The position numbers and the translations under genes were made by a program. 64,000 nucleotides of DNA from an uncultured Rikenellaceae bacterium (GTDB taxonomy: Bacteria; Bacteroidota; Bacteroidia; Bacteroidales; Rikenellaceae). Positions 45,652-55,177 of this stretch are shown here, one piece after another. The notes below the pieces were generated by a model. It did not search any database. It saw only the letters and a program-made list of their open reading frames with translations, and had not been told where the DNA came from. Positions within the stretch are counted from its first letter, which is position 1, and each line of letters begins with the position of its first letter. The DNA lies in NCBI GenBank assembly GCA_904501625.1, contig CAJGBR010000001.1, forward strand, positions 2,589-66,588, read 5' to 3'.

Positions 45652-46587
45652 TTACATATCTTCCGAAACTATTCGCGTATATGCTTCGATTTCCTCAGTT
45701 GTGAGCTTTCTGACCTTTTTAGCGACGTCTTGTCCCTTTTCATTTTTTTCGATTTCGAACGTCACTCTATCATATGGCATTATTTCATTGAACTCGCCCT
45801 CGACATCAAGATAATGGAAGAACAAATTGTTATTGGGATATTTAATAAAACCATAACCATTCTTTACAGTCAGTACCTCACTCACATTTGCCATCAAAGG
45901 AGAATCATCTCCACTTACCGATTGCCTATCATCTATACCCACAAACAGATTTGATATCAATTTATTACCCTGAGCCAAGCCACATTCTATAACCTCTTGC
46001 ATCGGAATCAGGTATGTTGCCAACTGAATCAATTCACGGGAAGTACGAGTTGTCACCTTATTTCCATCATCATTCTGATATTCAAACTCCCAGGTCAGCA
46101 ACATTGTTCTTATTCCGAGTGATGAGAGTTTTCTAAACAACTGAACATAATCGGTATCTGACACCAACAACACGATCATATCGATTTTGTTCATTATCGC
46201 AAGTTCAAAAACTTCGAGTGCCAACCAAACATCAATACCACGTTCTTCTTTTCGACCTTGCAGATTACGCAACGGCAGATAGTGTGTATGCACACCTTCA
46301 GCCATCAGAATATCATCAAAAACTCGATCGTTGTATAATTGGGTACCACGTTGGCTTGCCTCAACTGCATTGATTCGACCTCTGAAGTAGTGAGCTTCGG
46401 TTATGACGCAATTTCTATAATCCAGATTTTCCTCCTCAGCGACACGTCGTTTGATGAATTCGTGCAAACCACTGATACTTAAACGGCGATGCTGAGGGTG
46501 AATGTAATTGTAATAATTCGATGTATGAAGCAGAAAATTGCCATCATAAAATACACCGATTCTTATTTGACTCAAACTTTCTTTCAT
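45652..46587 (-). CDS. NYN (LabA-like) domain protein fused to a C-terminal cold-shock domain
   Basis: The N-terminal ~175 aa carry NYN/LabA hallmarks (GVFYDGNF, ERGIDVWLALEV, LVSDTDYVQL). The C-terminal ~65 aa resemble a CSD (TVKNGYGFIKYPNNNLFFHY...DRVTFEIEKNEKG..A..V). Confidence 0.7.
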   Translation of the reverse strand: MKESLSQIRIGVFYDGNFLLHTSNYYNYIHPQHRRLSISGLHEFIKRRVAEEENLDYRNCVITEAHYFRGRINAVEASQRGTQLYNDRVFDDILMAEGVHTHYLPLRNLQGRKEERGIDVWLALEVFELAIMNKIDMIVLLVSDTDYVQLFRKLSSLGIRTMLLTWEFEYQNDDGNKVTTRTSRELIQLATYLIPMQEVIECGLAQGNKLISNLFVGIDDRQSVSGDDSPLMANVSEVLTVKNGYGFIKYPNNNLFFHYLDVEGEFNEIMPYDRVTFEIEKNEKGQDVAKKVRKLTTEEIEAYTRIVSEDM

Positions 46588-46646
46588 AATCTGTTATATA
46601 TTTTTCTAAAAATATTAATCTTCTCTGAGATAACTATTTGCAACTA

Positions 46647-46654
46647 CAAATTTA
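46647..46654 (-). promoter_or_regulatory. Possible -7 box (TAAATTTG on the minus strand) for the NYN-CSD gene
   Basis: Plus-strand CAAATTTA, 60 nt upstream of the ATG at 46587. Confidence 0.4.
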
Positions 46655-46694
46655 ATTATTGTTTTTTAAATAACAATAACTACACTTGAAATTT

Positions 46695-47787
46695 TCACGC
46701 CTTAAATCCAAATTCCATAAGATAGGCTTTGATAAACATATCAAGGTCACCGTCCAACACAGCATTCACATCACTGGTCTCGAGTTCTGATCTCAAATCC
46801 TTAACCAATTTATATGGGTGCATTACATAATTTCTGATTTGTGATCCCCACTCGATACGTTTTTTTTGTCCATCCAATTCGGCTTGAACCTCCATTCGTT
46901 TTTCGAGTTCTTTCTGGTAGAGTTTCGATTTAAGGATTGCCATTGCTCTTTCACGGTTCATCAACTGCGAACGAGTTTCGGTATTCTCCACTACGATTCC
47001 CGAGGGCAGATGTCGCAGTCGAACACCCGTTTCGACCTTATTAACATTCTGACCTCCCGCTCCACTCGAACGATACGTATCCCACTCAATTTCAGACGGA
47101 TTAACTACGATTTCAATCTTATCGTCTATCACTGGCGAGACAAAGACCGAGGCAAAAGTTGTGTGTCTACGAGCATTCGAATCAAACGGAGAGATCCTCA
47201 CCAAACGATGAACTCCGTTTTCACTTTTCAAGAAACCATAGGCATATTCACCATCAATCTGGATTGTTGCCGATTTTATTCCGGCTATGTCACCATCTTG
47301 AATATCAATATCTTTCAACTGATAACCTTTACGTTCAGCCCAACGACGATACATTCTGAGCAACATTGCAGCCCAATCCAAACTTTCAGTACCACCTGCA
47401 CCAGAATTTATCTCAAGAATTGCTCCCAATTTATCCTCTTCGTAACGCAACATATTTTGCATTTCGAGTGCCGATACTGCCTTATCTGCAGCAACCAATG
47501 CCTCGTCTGCATCTTGCGGATCAATCACACCCTCCTTTACGAAATCAGGCATCAATTCAAGTTCAGCCACCAGATTACGAGCCTGGTCGAATGCGGTCAA
47601 TTGAGATTTTATTGCTGCACTTTTTTTAAGTTGTTCTTCGGCTGCTTTGGGATCATTCCAGAAATCAGGATCTCCTGCTTTTGACTCTTCCTCATCAAGT
47701 CGTATCTTTAACGTCTCGATGTCAAAGATGCCTCCTCAGCGAATCCAGTCGCTTTACAATATCTTCTACTTGTTCTATGGTTATCAT
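46695..47787 (-). CDS. prfB: Peptide chain release factor 2, made by a programmed +1 frameshift
   Basis: Frame 0 gives MITIEQVEDIVKRLDSLRRHL, then TGA (47724-47722). Shifting +1 at CTT-T-GAC continues DIETLKIRLDEE... into ORF 46695..47600. That ORF carries the SPF tripeptide (RISPFDS) and the GGQ motif (SGAGGQNVNK). Total length is about 363 aa. Confidence 0.95.
47721..47736 (-). promoter_or_regulatory. prfB +1 frameshift site: SD-like AGGAGG, 3 nt, CTT TGA C
   Basis: The minus strand reads AGGAGGCATCTTTGAC. The slippery and stop context is identical to the E. coli prfB site (CUU UGA C). Confidence 0.93.
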
Positions 47788-47794
47788 CTAATTA

Positions 47795-49444
47795 TCAATA
47801 ATTTAATAAATTTTCTGCTTGTTTACGGGCAGCATCTGTCATATTGCTGCCTGATATCATTTTGGCAATTTGCTCGATTCGTTGCTCCCTTGAGAGTTTC
47901 ACAATAGAGGTTGATATACCCTGTTCTGAATCAGACTTATATACTAAGAAGTGGGTATCTCCCTTAGCGGCAATCTGAGGCAAATGAGTTATATTTATCA
48001 CCTGAATCTCATTTGCAAGTTGTTCAATCAGGCTTCCGGTTTTATATGCAACTTCACCCGAAATACCCTGATCAATTTCATCGAAAATCACTGTCGGCAA
48101 CTCTTTATATTTCGCAGCCAATGCCTTAATTACCAACATTACACGAGCCATTTCTCCGCCTGAAGCGATACGTTCCAATGGGTGCAACGGCTGATTACGA
48201 TTGGCCGAGAACATAAACAAGACTCGGTCTTGACCTTTATTGGTCAATTCGCAAGGTGTAATTTCCACTTCAAATCGACCATTCATCATTCCAAGTTGTG
48301 AAAGATTCTCAGTCACAAAATCACACACCTTTGACACTACCTCTCTGCGACTCGACGAAAGTGCATCTGCGACAATATGTAATTCACCGGATCTCTTTTT
48401 CAATTGTTTTTCAAGTTCAGCAATACGCTCATCGCAAGACTCCATACTATCGAGTTTTACTCGCAATTCATCTCTCAAAGCAATCAATTCCTCGACACTA
48501 TCCAGATGATGCTTTTGTTGCAGCGAATAGAGTCGGTCAAGTCGTTGAGTCACAAAATCAAGCCTTGCTGGATCGTCATAAGTTTTATCTGCCAACGATT
48601 CACACTCGGCGGAGATATCCTTCAGTTCGACTTCGCATTGTTCGATTCTTACAGCTAGTTCTTCAGCTTCAGGCATCCACTTGGCAATTTTAATCAATTC
48701 GCCTTTCAGACTCTTCAGCATAGGAATAATTGCCGAATCAGAATCACTCATAACTGAAACATTTTCAGCCATCACCGACTTTATATCCGACGCATTGGAC
48801 AATAATAACAACTCCTGATCAAGACTCTCTTGTTCTCCTTCGGTCAGATTTGCTTCAGCAAGTTGCGTGTACTGATAGGTCAGATAATCACTCTCGGCAC
48901 TATCTTTAGCAGCATTATCTTTCAATTCTTGCAGTGTATGTTCCAACTGTCGGCACTCATTATAGCACACTGCGTAATCATCCCGCAACTTCTGATTATC
49001 GGCTACACAATCGAGCAAATCAATCTGAAATGAACGATCACCCAGCAACAGATTCTGATGTTGTGAGTGAATATCTAAGAATCTGGAAGTCAACAATTTT
49101 AGATCTTGCAGTGTAATAGGTTGATCATTCACATAGGCACGACTACGTCCTTCGGCCGAGACCGTTCTTCGAATTATTGCTATGTCATACCACTCGATAT
49201 CGAGTGATTCGAACAACGGCTTAAACACCTCGGGCAATTCAAATGACATCTCGACCACACAATTACGAGCACCCACCTTAACTTGTCCAGATTCTGCTTT
49301 CCCGCCAAGAATCAACCCCATTGCCCCGAGGATTATTGACTTTCCGGCACCTGTCTCACCCGTGATCGTATTCAATCCCGATGCAAAACTCACATCAAGC
49401 GAATCAATCAGTGCAAAATTTTCTATGTGCAGATCTCTCAGCAT
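47795..49444 (-). CDS. recN: DNA repair protein RecN
   Basis: N-terminal Walker A GETGAGKSI, a long coiled-coil middle, the C-terminal signature SGGE, and Walker B VIFDEIDQGISG. Confidence 0.95.
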   Translation of the reverse strand: MLRDLHIENFALIDSLDVSFASGLNTITGETGAGKSIILGAMGLILGGKAESGQVKVGARNCVVEMSFELPEVFKPLFESLDIEWYDIAIIRRTVSAEGRSRAYVNDQPITLQDLKLLTSRFLDIHSQHQNLLLGDRSFQIDLLDCVADNQKLRDDYAVCYNECRQLEHTLQELKDNAAKDSAESDYLTYQYTQLAEANLTEGEQESLDQELLLLSNASDIKSVMAENVSVMSDSDSAIIPMLKSLKGELIKIAKWMPEAEELAVRIEQCEVELKDISAECESLADKTYDDPARLDFVTQRLDRLYSLQQKHHLDSVEELIALRDELRVKLDSMESCDERIAELEKQLKKRSGELHIVADALSSSRREVVSKVCDFVTENLSQLGMMNGRFEVEITPCELTNKGQDRVLFMFSANRNQPLHPLERIASGGEMARVMLVIKALAAKYKELPTVIFDEIDQGISGEVAYKTGSLIEQLANEIQVINITHLPQIAAKGDTHFLVYKSDSEQGISTSIVKLSREQRIEQIAKMISGSNMTDAARKQAENLLNY

Positions 49445-49453
49445 ATTACAAAA

Positions 49454-50656
49454 CTAAACTTCAAACTCAGCAATCAATTCGTCGACAATATCACGAGCTA
49501 CTTCTGTCTTTGACTTCAGCTCATACGCAGTTCTCATTCCGTTCGGACGCAATATCGTAATTTTATTGGTATTGACACCCAGCCCTGCACCCTGATCACG
49601 CAATGAATTCAAAACAATAAAATCAAGATTCTTACGAATCAACTTATCTTCAGCGTGTTCAAACTCGTTATCTGTTTCGAGTGCAAAACCAACAACCTTT
49701 CGTTCGCCTTTGCAAGCACCCAATTCTGCTGCAATATCGTGAGTCGGCAACAACTCGATGGACATCGAATCTGAAGATTTTTTTAGTTTATGTTCACTTT
49801 TGAATGCCGGTGTATAGTCAGCTACAGCTGCTGCCAGAATTGCAGCATCAACTCTGTCAAACTCGTCCATACAAACAACATACATTTGATCTGCCGATTC
49901 AACACGTCGCACCGTCACTCCCGGAATACCCTCCGGATTGACAGACATTCTGGCTGCGACAAAGATCACCTCTGCACCTCTTATCGCCAACTCGCGGGCA
50001 ATCGAGCAAGCCATCTTGCCCGAAGAATCATTCGTAATAAATCTCACCGGATCAATACGTTCAATCGTACCGCCACCATTTACTAGAATTCGCTTACCTT
50101 CAAGTTCGGTTGTACGATTAATCATAAAATCCAAAACATCAACAATTTGTTCAGGTTCTGCCATTCGACCTTTGCCATCGAGTCCACTTGCGAGTTCACC
50201 ACTATTAGGCTCGATCACGATATTACCAAACTCTCTGAGTGTCTGAAGATTACGCTGTGTAGTCGGATGATGCCACATATCGAGGTCCATCGCAGGAGCC
50301 AAAAACACAGGACACTTGGCAGATAAATATGTCGTAACCAACAGATTATCAGCCACACCGTTGGCCATTTTGCCAATAGTAGCAGCTGTTGCCGGAGCTA
50401 TCACCATAGCATCAGCCCATAATCCCAACGAAACGTGACTGTTCCACTCTCCGTTTTCAGGATTAAAAAAGTCTACCAACACAGGGGATTTTGCCAGCGT
50501 AGCCAGTGTCAACGGGGTAATGAATTGTTTTGCTGTTGGGGTCATAACAACCTTAACTTCAGCACCTTGTTTTACTAACAATCGAATGATCATTGCCGAC
50601 TTATACGCAGCAATACCTCCTGTTACTCCAACGACAATATGTTTATCTTTCAGCAT
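49454..50656 (-). CDS. coaBC: Bifunctional phosphopantothenoylcysteine decarboxylase / phosphopantothenate-cysteine ligase
   Basis: N-terminal flavoprotein domain (VGVTGGIAAYK, APAMDLDMW). C-terminal CoaB domain (ITNDSSGKM, AAVADY). Confidence 0.94.
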   Translation of the reverse strand: MLKDKHIVVGVTGGIAAYKSAMIIRLLVKQGAEVKVVMTPTAKQFITPLTLATLAKSPVLVDFFNPENGEWNSHVSLGLWADAMVIAPATAATIGKMANGVADNLLVTTYLSAKCPVFLAPAMDLDMWHHPTTQRNLQTLREFGNIVIEPNSGELASGLDGKGRMAEPEQIVDVLDFMINRTTELEGKRILVNGGGTIERIDPVRFITNDSSGKMACSIARELAIRGAEVIFVAARMSVNPEGIPGVTVRRVESADQMYVVCMDEFDRVDAAILAAAVADYTPAFKSEHKLKKSSDSMSIELLPTHDIAAELGACKGERKVVGFALETDNEFEHAEDKLIRKNLDFIVLNSLRDQGAGLGVNTNKITILRPNGMRTAYELKSKTEVARDIVDELIAEFEV

Positions 50657-50685
50657 ATCTGAATTTCTTAACTTATGATACTACA

Positions 50686-50721
50686 AAATCCGGAAGCGAC
50701 CCTTCGGTTTCTTCCGGATTT
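50686..50721 (-). terminator. Hairpin, possibly a partial terminator, between rpoZ and coaBC
   Basis: AAATCCGGAAG (50686-50696) pairs with CTTCCGGATTT (50711-50721). On the minus strand only TTTTG follows. No separate coaBC promoter was seen, so read-through is likely. Confidence 0.55.
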
Positions 50722-50768
50722 AAAAATTTCTTACCGCGAAGGGTTACAAATTCAATCTCGACAGACTA

Positions 50769-51086
50769 TCAGTTTTCTTCGGTTTCGCGGAAGAAAAGCT
50801 CTCCTTCGAGGAACTCTTCTGTTGCAATCAGAACCGGTTTGGGCTGACGTTCATAATACTTTGAGATTTCAATTTGCTCACAATTTTCAAATGTCTCTTC
50901 GAGAGTATCATTACTTGTCGAGAACTCAGCGAGTTTTCGATTAAGTTCCTGTTTCATCTCTGTCGAAATCTGATTTGCACGCTTGGCGATCACCATAACA
51001 GATTCATAGATATTTCCCGTAGGGCTATCCACCTTAGACAAATTGCGAGTAATAGTGTTATTCGGAACGTTCTTCTTGATTTCCAT
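50769..51086 (-). CDS. rpoZ: DNA-directed RNA polymerase omega subunit (Bacteroidetes type)
   Basis: NIYESVMVIAKRANQI resembles the RpoZ core (N.YELV...AKRARQL). Located between bamD and coaBC, as I recall for Bacteroidales. Confidence 0.6.
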   Translation of the reverse strand: MEIKKNVPNNTITRNLSKVDSPTGNIYESVMVIAKRANQISTEMKQELNRKLAEFSTSNDTLEETFENCEQIEISKYYERQPKPVLIATEEFLEGELFFRETEEN

Positions 51087-52047
51087 CTTCTGACTCCTTA
51101 TTATTATCTTTTTGTTTATTTACGTATTTCTGAACTGTTTTAAAAATTTTATCGACCTCTTTTCTATACTTAGTTTCAGGGTACTCCGAAATAAAGTCAT
51201 AGTAGTTATCAATCGTATCAAGATAACGTGAATGTTGCAACTCTTCGACCGAATTCTCAGCCAGATTGAAACTTGACTTGACGATTAGGTACATTACCTC
51301 TTCACGGTGAGTTGTTTCAGGTTGATTTGCCAACAAGTTTTTAAGGGCATACACTGCCGACTTATGGTGACCAACATCATAGTAGACCTTAGCATTCAAC
51401 AGCTCTTTATCATACAATTTTTGACGCAGTTCAGCTATATAACCATTAATCTCTTCACGACGCGATGTTTTTGGATATCGATCCAAATAGTCTGACAATG
51501 TTGAGATTGCCTGCAATGTTGTAGTCTGGTCGCGTTCTGTTTTTGGCGACATATAGTAGTATCCCTTTGCGTAGAGGAATTCGGCCTCTTCGATAAAATC
51601 GCTTTGCCCGAAACGTTTACGGAAACGGTCAAATTCGGCACAACTAACCTGGAAGTTTCCTCTGCGGAAGTGCGACAAGGCACGAAAATAAACCAGCGAA
51701 TCAGCTTGAGGTTGATTCACAAAGAATGGATATGCGTCATCAAACAAACCGATAGCTCTTTCGAACCTTTTGTTTTCAAACATCAGCATTGCGAAACAGA
51801 ATTTATCATAGGGGGTACCGATTCTGTAGACGCGACTATAAGACATCTGTTTGACAGACTTTCGCACACGTTCTTTTTTAACGGCACCACTTGCTATCGA
51901 ATCGTTCTGCTCATTACCATTTACGACAGTTTCGACCTTATCATCTCCTCTCTCAGCACTCTTCAACACCGAGCAACTGCCTGCCATCAGACAGACTGCC
52001 AGTAACAATAAAGTCCTAATTTCAAGTCTGAAACTCTTGCTCATCAT
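51058..52047 (-). CDS. bamD: Outer membrane protein assembly factor BamD (TPR lipoprotein)
   Basis: Lipobox LMAGSCS after the Met-Met at 52047/52044, followed by TPR-like repeats. The -7 box at 52073-52080 lies inside the ORF-track extension to 52113. The 3' end overlaps rpoZ by 29 nt. Confidence 0.72.
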   Translation of the reverse strand: MMSKSFRLEIRTLLLLAVCLMAGSCSVLKSAERGDDKVETVVNGNEQNDSIASGAVKKERVRKSVKQMSYSRVYRIGTPYDKFCFAMLMFENKRFERAIGLFDDAYPFFVNQPQADSLVYFRALSHFRRGNFQVSCAEFDRFRKRFGQSDFIEEAEFLYAKGYYYMSPKTERDQTTTLQAISTLSDYLDRYPKTSRREEINGYIAELRQKLYDKELLNAKVYYDVGHHKSAVYALKNLLANQPETTHREEVMYLIVKSSFNLAENSVEELQHSRYLDTIDNYYDFISEYPETKYRKEVDKIFKTVQKYVNKQKDNNKESEDGNQEERSE

Positions 52048-52072
52048 ACAGACACTTTTACTAATTAACTCG

Positions 52073-52104
52073 CAAAGGTAAACATTTTTACAAACTTTTT
52101 CAAA
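52073..52104 (-). promoter_or_regulatory. Bacteroidetes promoter for bamD-rpoZ
   Basis: On the minus strand: TTTG (52104-52101), 20 nt spacer, TACCTTTG (52080-52073). Confidence 0.65.
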
Positions 52105-52525
52105 AAACTTCACATTTTTTATTCTTTATACAAAAATTTATTAGAACATAACGACAATAAACAGAAGTCTCCAAATTAAATCCAAGTAATTAGTTACACT
52201 GAATTATAGTACATTAGTAGGATATAACGAATAAAAATTATAAAATTCATCAATCATTTTTACGAGGAAATAAATACATATCGTTTCTTCAAAAAACTGT
52301 TTAACTCCAAGACAAATGCAAATTCCACATTCCCCAAAAAAATATCTCACTCGGCAAATAGCCTCAAAATCGCGCCACAAGCACCTGCACCACACTTTTT
52401 CACAACACCACCACTTACAACACGCTGATTTTCAATAAAATAAATCAAAGCGTTGGTTATGAATTAATTGCAATAATGTTGATTATTTGTTGAGAAAATA
52501 GTCTAAAAAATTTTAGGTATGCAGA

Positions 52526-52533
52526 TAGTTTTG
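52526..52533 (+). promoter_or_regulatory. -7 box TAGTTTTG upstream of nrdJ
   Basis: 72 nt upstream of the ATG at 52606, directly followed by the near-palindrome TACATTTGTA (52537-52546). Confidence 0.5.
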
Positions 52534-52605
52534 CTGTACATTTGTAACGGCGGAGTATCACAAATATCCCGCCATCAAGTAGTAATGCGTTAATTCTCAA
52601 ACTAT

Positions 52606-55155
52606 ATGACCAAAAACAACACCCAAAACAACGACGGATTGATTGAATATTCGTACAAAGATGCCGTATCAAAGGCGACAGACTACTTCGCGGGAGATGA
52701 ACTAGCTGCCACCGTATGGGTAAGCAAATATGCACTCAAAGACTCATTTGGCAAAATCTATGAATCTTCTCCGGAACAGATGCACAACCGCATCGCTACA
52801 GAGATCGCCCGCATCGAAAACAACTACCCGAACCCGATGAGCCACGAGGAAATCTACGATTTATTGAAAGATTTCAAATATATAATTCCTCAAGGCGGTC
52901 CAATGACAGGTATCGGCAATAATCTGCAGATCGCATCATTGTCAAACTGTTTCGTAATCGGACACCAAAATCCGGCAGACTCATACGGAGGTATCATCCG
53001 TATTGATGAAGAACAGGTTCAATTAATGAAACGTCGTGGTGGCGTTGGTCACGATTTATCACACATTCGTCCAACCGGAAGTCCCGTGCTCAATAGTGCC
53101 CTGACCTCAACAGGGATTGTTCCGTTTATGGAAAGATATTCAAACTCGACTCGCGAGGTTGCTCAAGACGGACGACGTGGAGCCCTTATGCTTTCACTAT
53201 CAATCAAACACCCTGATGCAGAAAACTTTATCAATGCGAAGGTTGACACCGGAAAAATTACCGGAGCAAACATCTCGGTCAAGATTGATGACGAGTTTAT
53301 GAATGCTGTCAAAAATAAACAGAAATATACCCAGCAATTCCCGATCGATTCTAAAACTCCGACTCACCGTCAGGAAATTGATGCTACGACTCTGTGGAAT
53401 AAGATTATTCACAATGCGTGGAAATCGGCAGAACCGGGAATCCTATTCTGGGACACCATCGCAAAAGAATCTGTACCCGATTGTTACGCAGACCTCGGTT
53501 TCAAGACAGTATCAACCAATCCGTGTGGAGAAATTCCACTTTGCCCGTACGACAGCTGCCGACTATTGGCAATGAACCTCTACAGCTACGTTGACGATCC
53601 GTTCACCAAAAATGCAACATTCAATTTCGAGAAGTTCAAAATGCACATCTCGAAAGCAATGCGTATGATGGACGACATCATCGACCTCGAACTTGAGAAA
53701 ATTGACGCAATCATCAGCAAAATCACCAAAGACCCCGAAGATGAAGACATCCGTCGCGTAGAACACGATTTGTGGCTCAAAATTAAAAACAAAGCACTGC
53801 AAGGCCGCCGCACAGGTTTGGGAATTACGGCAGAAGGCGATATGCTTGCAGCTCTTGGTTTAAGATACGGAACCAACGAGGCTATCGAATTCTCAGTCAA
53901 GGTGCAACAAACTCTCGCAGTTGAAGCTTATAGAACATCTGCTATTATGGCAGGCGAACGTGGACCGTTCCTCATCTACGATGCAAAACGAGAAGAGAAT
54001 AACCCGATGATTTCAAGAATTCGCCAAGCTGATCCCGAATTGTATGAAATGATGGTTAAGAATGGTCGTCGTAATATAGCAATGCTGACTATCGCACCGA
54101 CCGGAACTACAAGTCTGATGTCTCAGACAACTTCAGGCATCGAACCTGTATTCCTGCCTGTCTATAAACGCCGTAGAAAAGTCAACCCGAACGACAAAGA
54201 CGTGAAGGTTTCGTTCATAGATGAAGTGGGTGATTCTTGGGAAGAATACAACGTATACCACCACAAGTTCTTGACTTGGGCCGATATCAATGGTTACACA
54301 AAAGAGCAAATCAATGCAATGACTGATGACCAAGTAGATGAATTGGTTAAGAAGTCACCATACTACAAGGCAACATCTGCAGATATCGACTGGGTCAACA
54401 AGGTCAAAATGCAAGGTGCAATTCAAAAATGGGTCGACCACTCTATCTCTGTTACAGTAAACCTGCCTAGTGATGTCACTGAACAACTTGTCTCAGAGGT
54501 GTACATTACAGCGTGGGAATCAGGTTGCAAAGGCGTAACCGTATATCGCGACGGCTCACGCAACGGAGTACTCGTATCCAACAAGAAAAAAGAAAAACAG
54601 ACTTCAGAAAGACCACTGCACCGTCCAAAAGAGCTTAATGCAGACATCGTACGTTTTAAGAACGGCGATGAAGATTGGATTGCATTTGTCGGAATGTCTA
54701 ACGGTCAACCCTACGAAATCTTTACCGGTAAAATCGAAGAAGATGCGATGTTCATTCCTCGCAAAATCACTAAAGGCGTAATCCTTAAAGTACGCGAAGA
54801 GGACGGATCAAAACGTTACGACTTCCAGTACAAAGATAAATATGGCTATACCAATACCATCGGAGGAATCTCTCGTTTGTTCGATAGTGAATTCTGGAAC
54901 TATGCAAAACTCATCTCTGGTGTGTTACGCAACGGAATGCCTATCGTAGACGTCGTTCACCTCGTCGAATCACTCCGCCTCGATAGCGAAACCATCAATA
55001 CGTGGAAAAATGGTGTGGCTCGTGCATTACACAAATACATTCCCGACGGAACCAAACCCAAAGCACCTAAATGCCCCGAATGTGGACAAGATTCATTGGT
55101 TTATCAAGAGGGCTGTCTGGTTTGTACAACTTGTGGCCACTCAAAGTGTGGTTAA
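52606..55155 (+). CDS. nrdJ: Class II (adenosylcobalamin-dependent) ribonucleotide reductase
   Basis: 849 aa, single chain. Active-site region STNPCGEIPLCPYDSCRLL. C-terminal Cys cluster CPECG...CLVCTTCGHSKCG. No adjacent nrdB- or nrdG-like gene. Confidence 0.92.
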   Translation: MTKNNTQNNDGLIEYSYKDAVSKATDYFAGDELAATVWVSKYALKDSFGKIYESSPEQMHNRIATEIARIENNYPNPMSHEEIYDLLKDFKYIIPQGGPMTGIGNNLQIASLSNCFVIGHQNPADSYGGIIRIDEEQVQLMKRRGGVGHDLSHIRPTGSPVLNSALTSTGIVPFMERYSNSTREVAQDGRRGALMLSLSIKHPDAENFINAKVDTGKITGANISVKIDDEFMNAVKNKQKYTQQFPIDSKTPTHRQEIDATTLWNKIIHNAWKSAEPGILFWDTIAKESVPDCYADLGFKTVSTNPCGEIPLCPYDSCRLLAMNLYSYVDDPFTKNATFNFEKFKMHISKAMRMMDDIIDLELEKIDAIISKITKDPEDEDIRRVEHDLWLKIKNKALQGRRTGLGITAEGDMLAALGLRYGTNEAIEFSVKVQQTLAVEAYRTSAIMAGERGPFLIYDAKREENNPMISRIRQADPELYEMMVKNGRRNIAMLTIAPTGTTSLMSQTTSGIEPVFLPVYKRRRKVNPNDKDVKVSFIDEVGDSWEEYNVYHHKFLTWADINGYTKEQINAMTDDQVDELVKKSPYYKATSADIDWVNKVKMQGAIQKWVDHSISVTVNLPSDVTEQLVSEVYITAWESGCKGVTVYRDGSRNGVLVSNKKKEKQTSERPLHRPKELNADIVRFKNGDEDWIAFVGMSNGQPYEIFTGKIEEDAMFIPRKITKGVILKVREEDGSKRYDFQYKDKYGYTNTIGGISRLFDSEFWNYAKLISGVLRNGMPIVDVVHLVESLRLDSETINTWKNGVARALHKYIPDGTKPKAPKCPECGQDSLVYQEGCLVCTTCGHSKCG

Positions 55156-55177
55156 TAAACTGTAATTCACAATAGTA

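Noticed and set aside
44721-46587. Nucleoside phosphorylase plus NYN nuclease as a possible anti-phage defence pair. PNP-like and NYN domains do occur in defence systems.
   Set aside because: The phosphorylase looks like the ordinary stand-alone PNP/UDP enzyme, with no sensor or receiver domain. The genes are separate units with a likely separate promoter. Their neighbours are housekeeping genes (prfB, DUF4294, fprA). Nothing here has the hallmarks of a defence island.
46656-46679. Hairpin TTATTGTT / AACAATAA downstream of prfB as a terminator.
   Set aside because: The 8-bp stem has only one G-C pair, so it is too weak to call with any confidence.
52204-52395. 63-aa Cys-rich ORF on the minus strand in the bamD-nrdJ gap (and 52457-52735 -).
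   Set aside because: It has no promoter box, no plausible start context, an odd composition and no motif. The second ORF overlaps the nrdJ start. They are probably non-coding.
52537-52575. Possible NrdR boxes upstream of nrdJ (TACATTTGTA and TCACAAATAT).
   Set aside because: Only the first is a partial palindrome and the second has no symmetric half. The spacing of about 22 bp does not match the usual pair of 16-bp boxes about 31-32 bp apart. I also cannot confirm that the organism has an nrdR gene. It is kept only as a note within the intergenic-gap finding.
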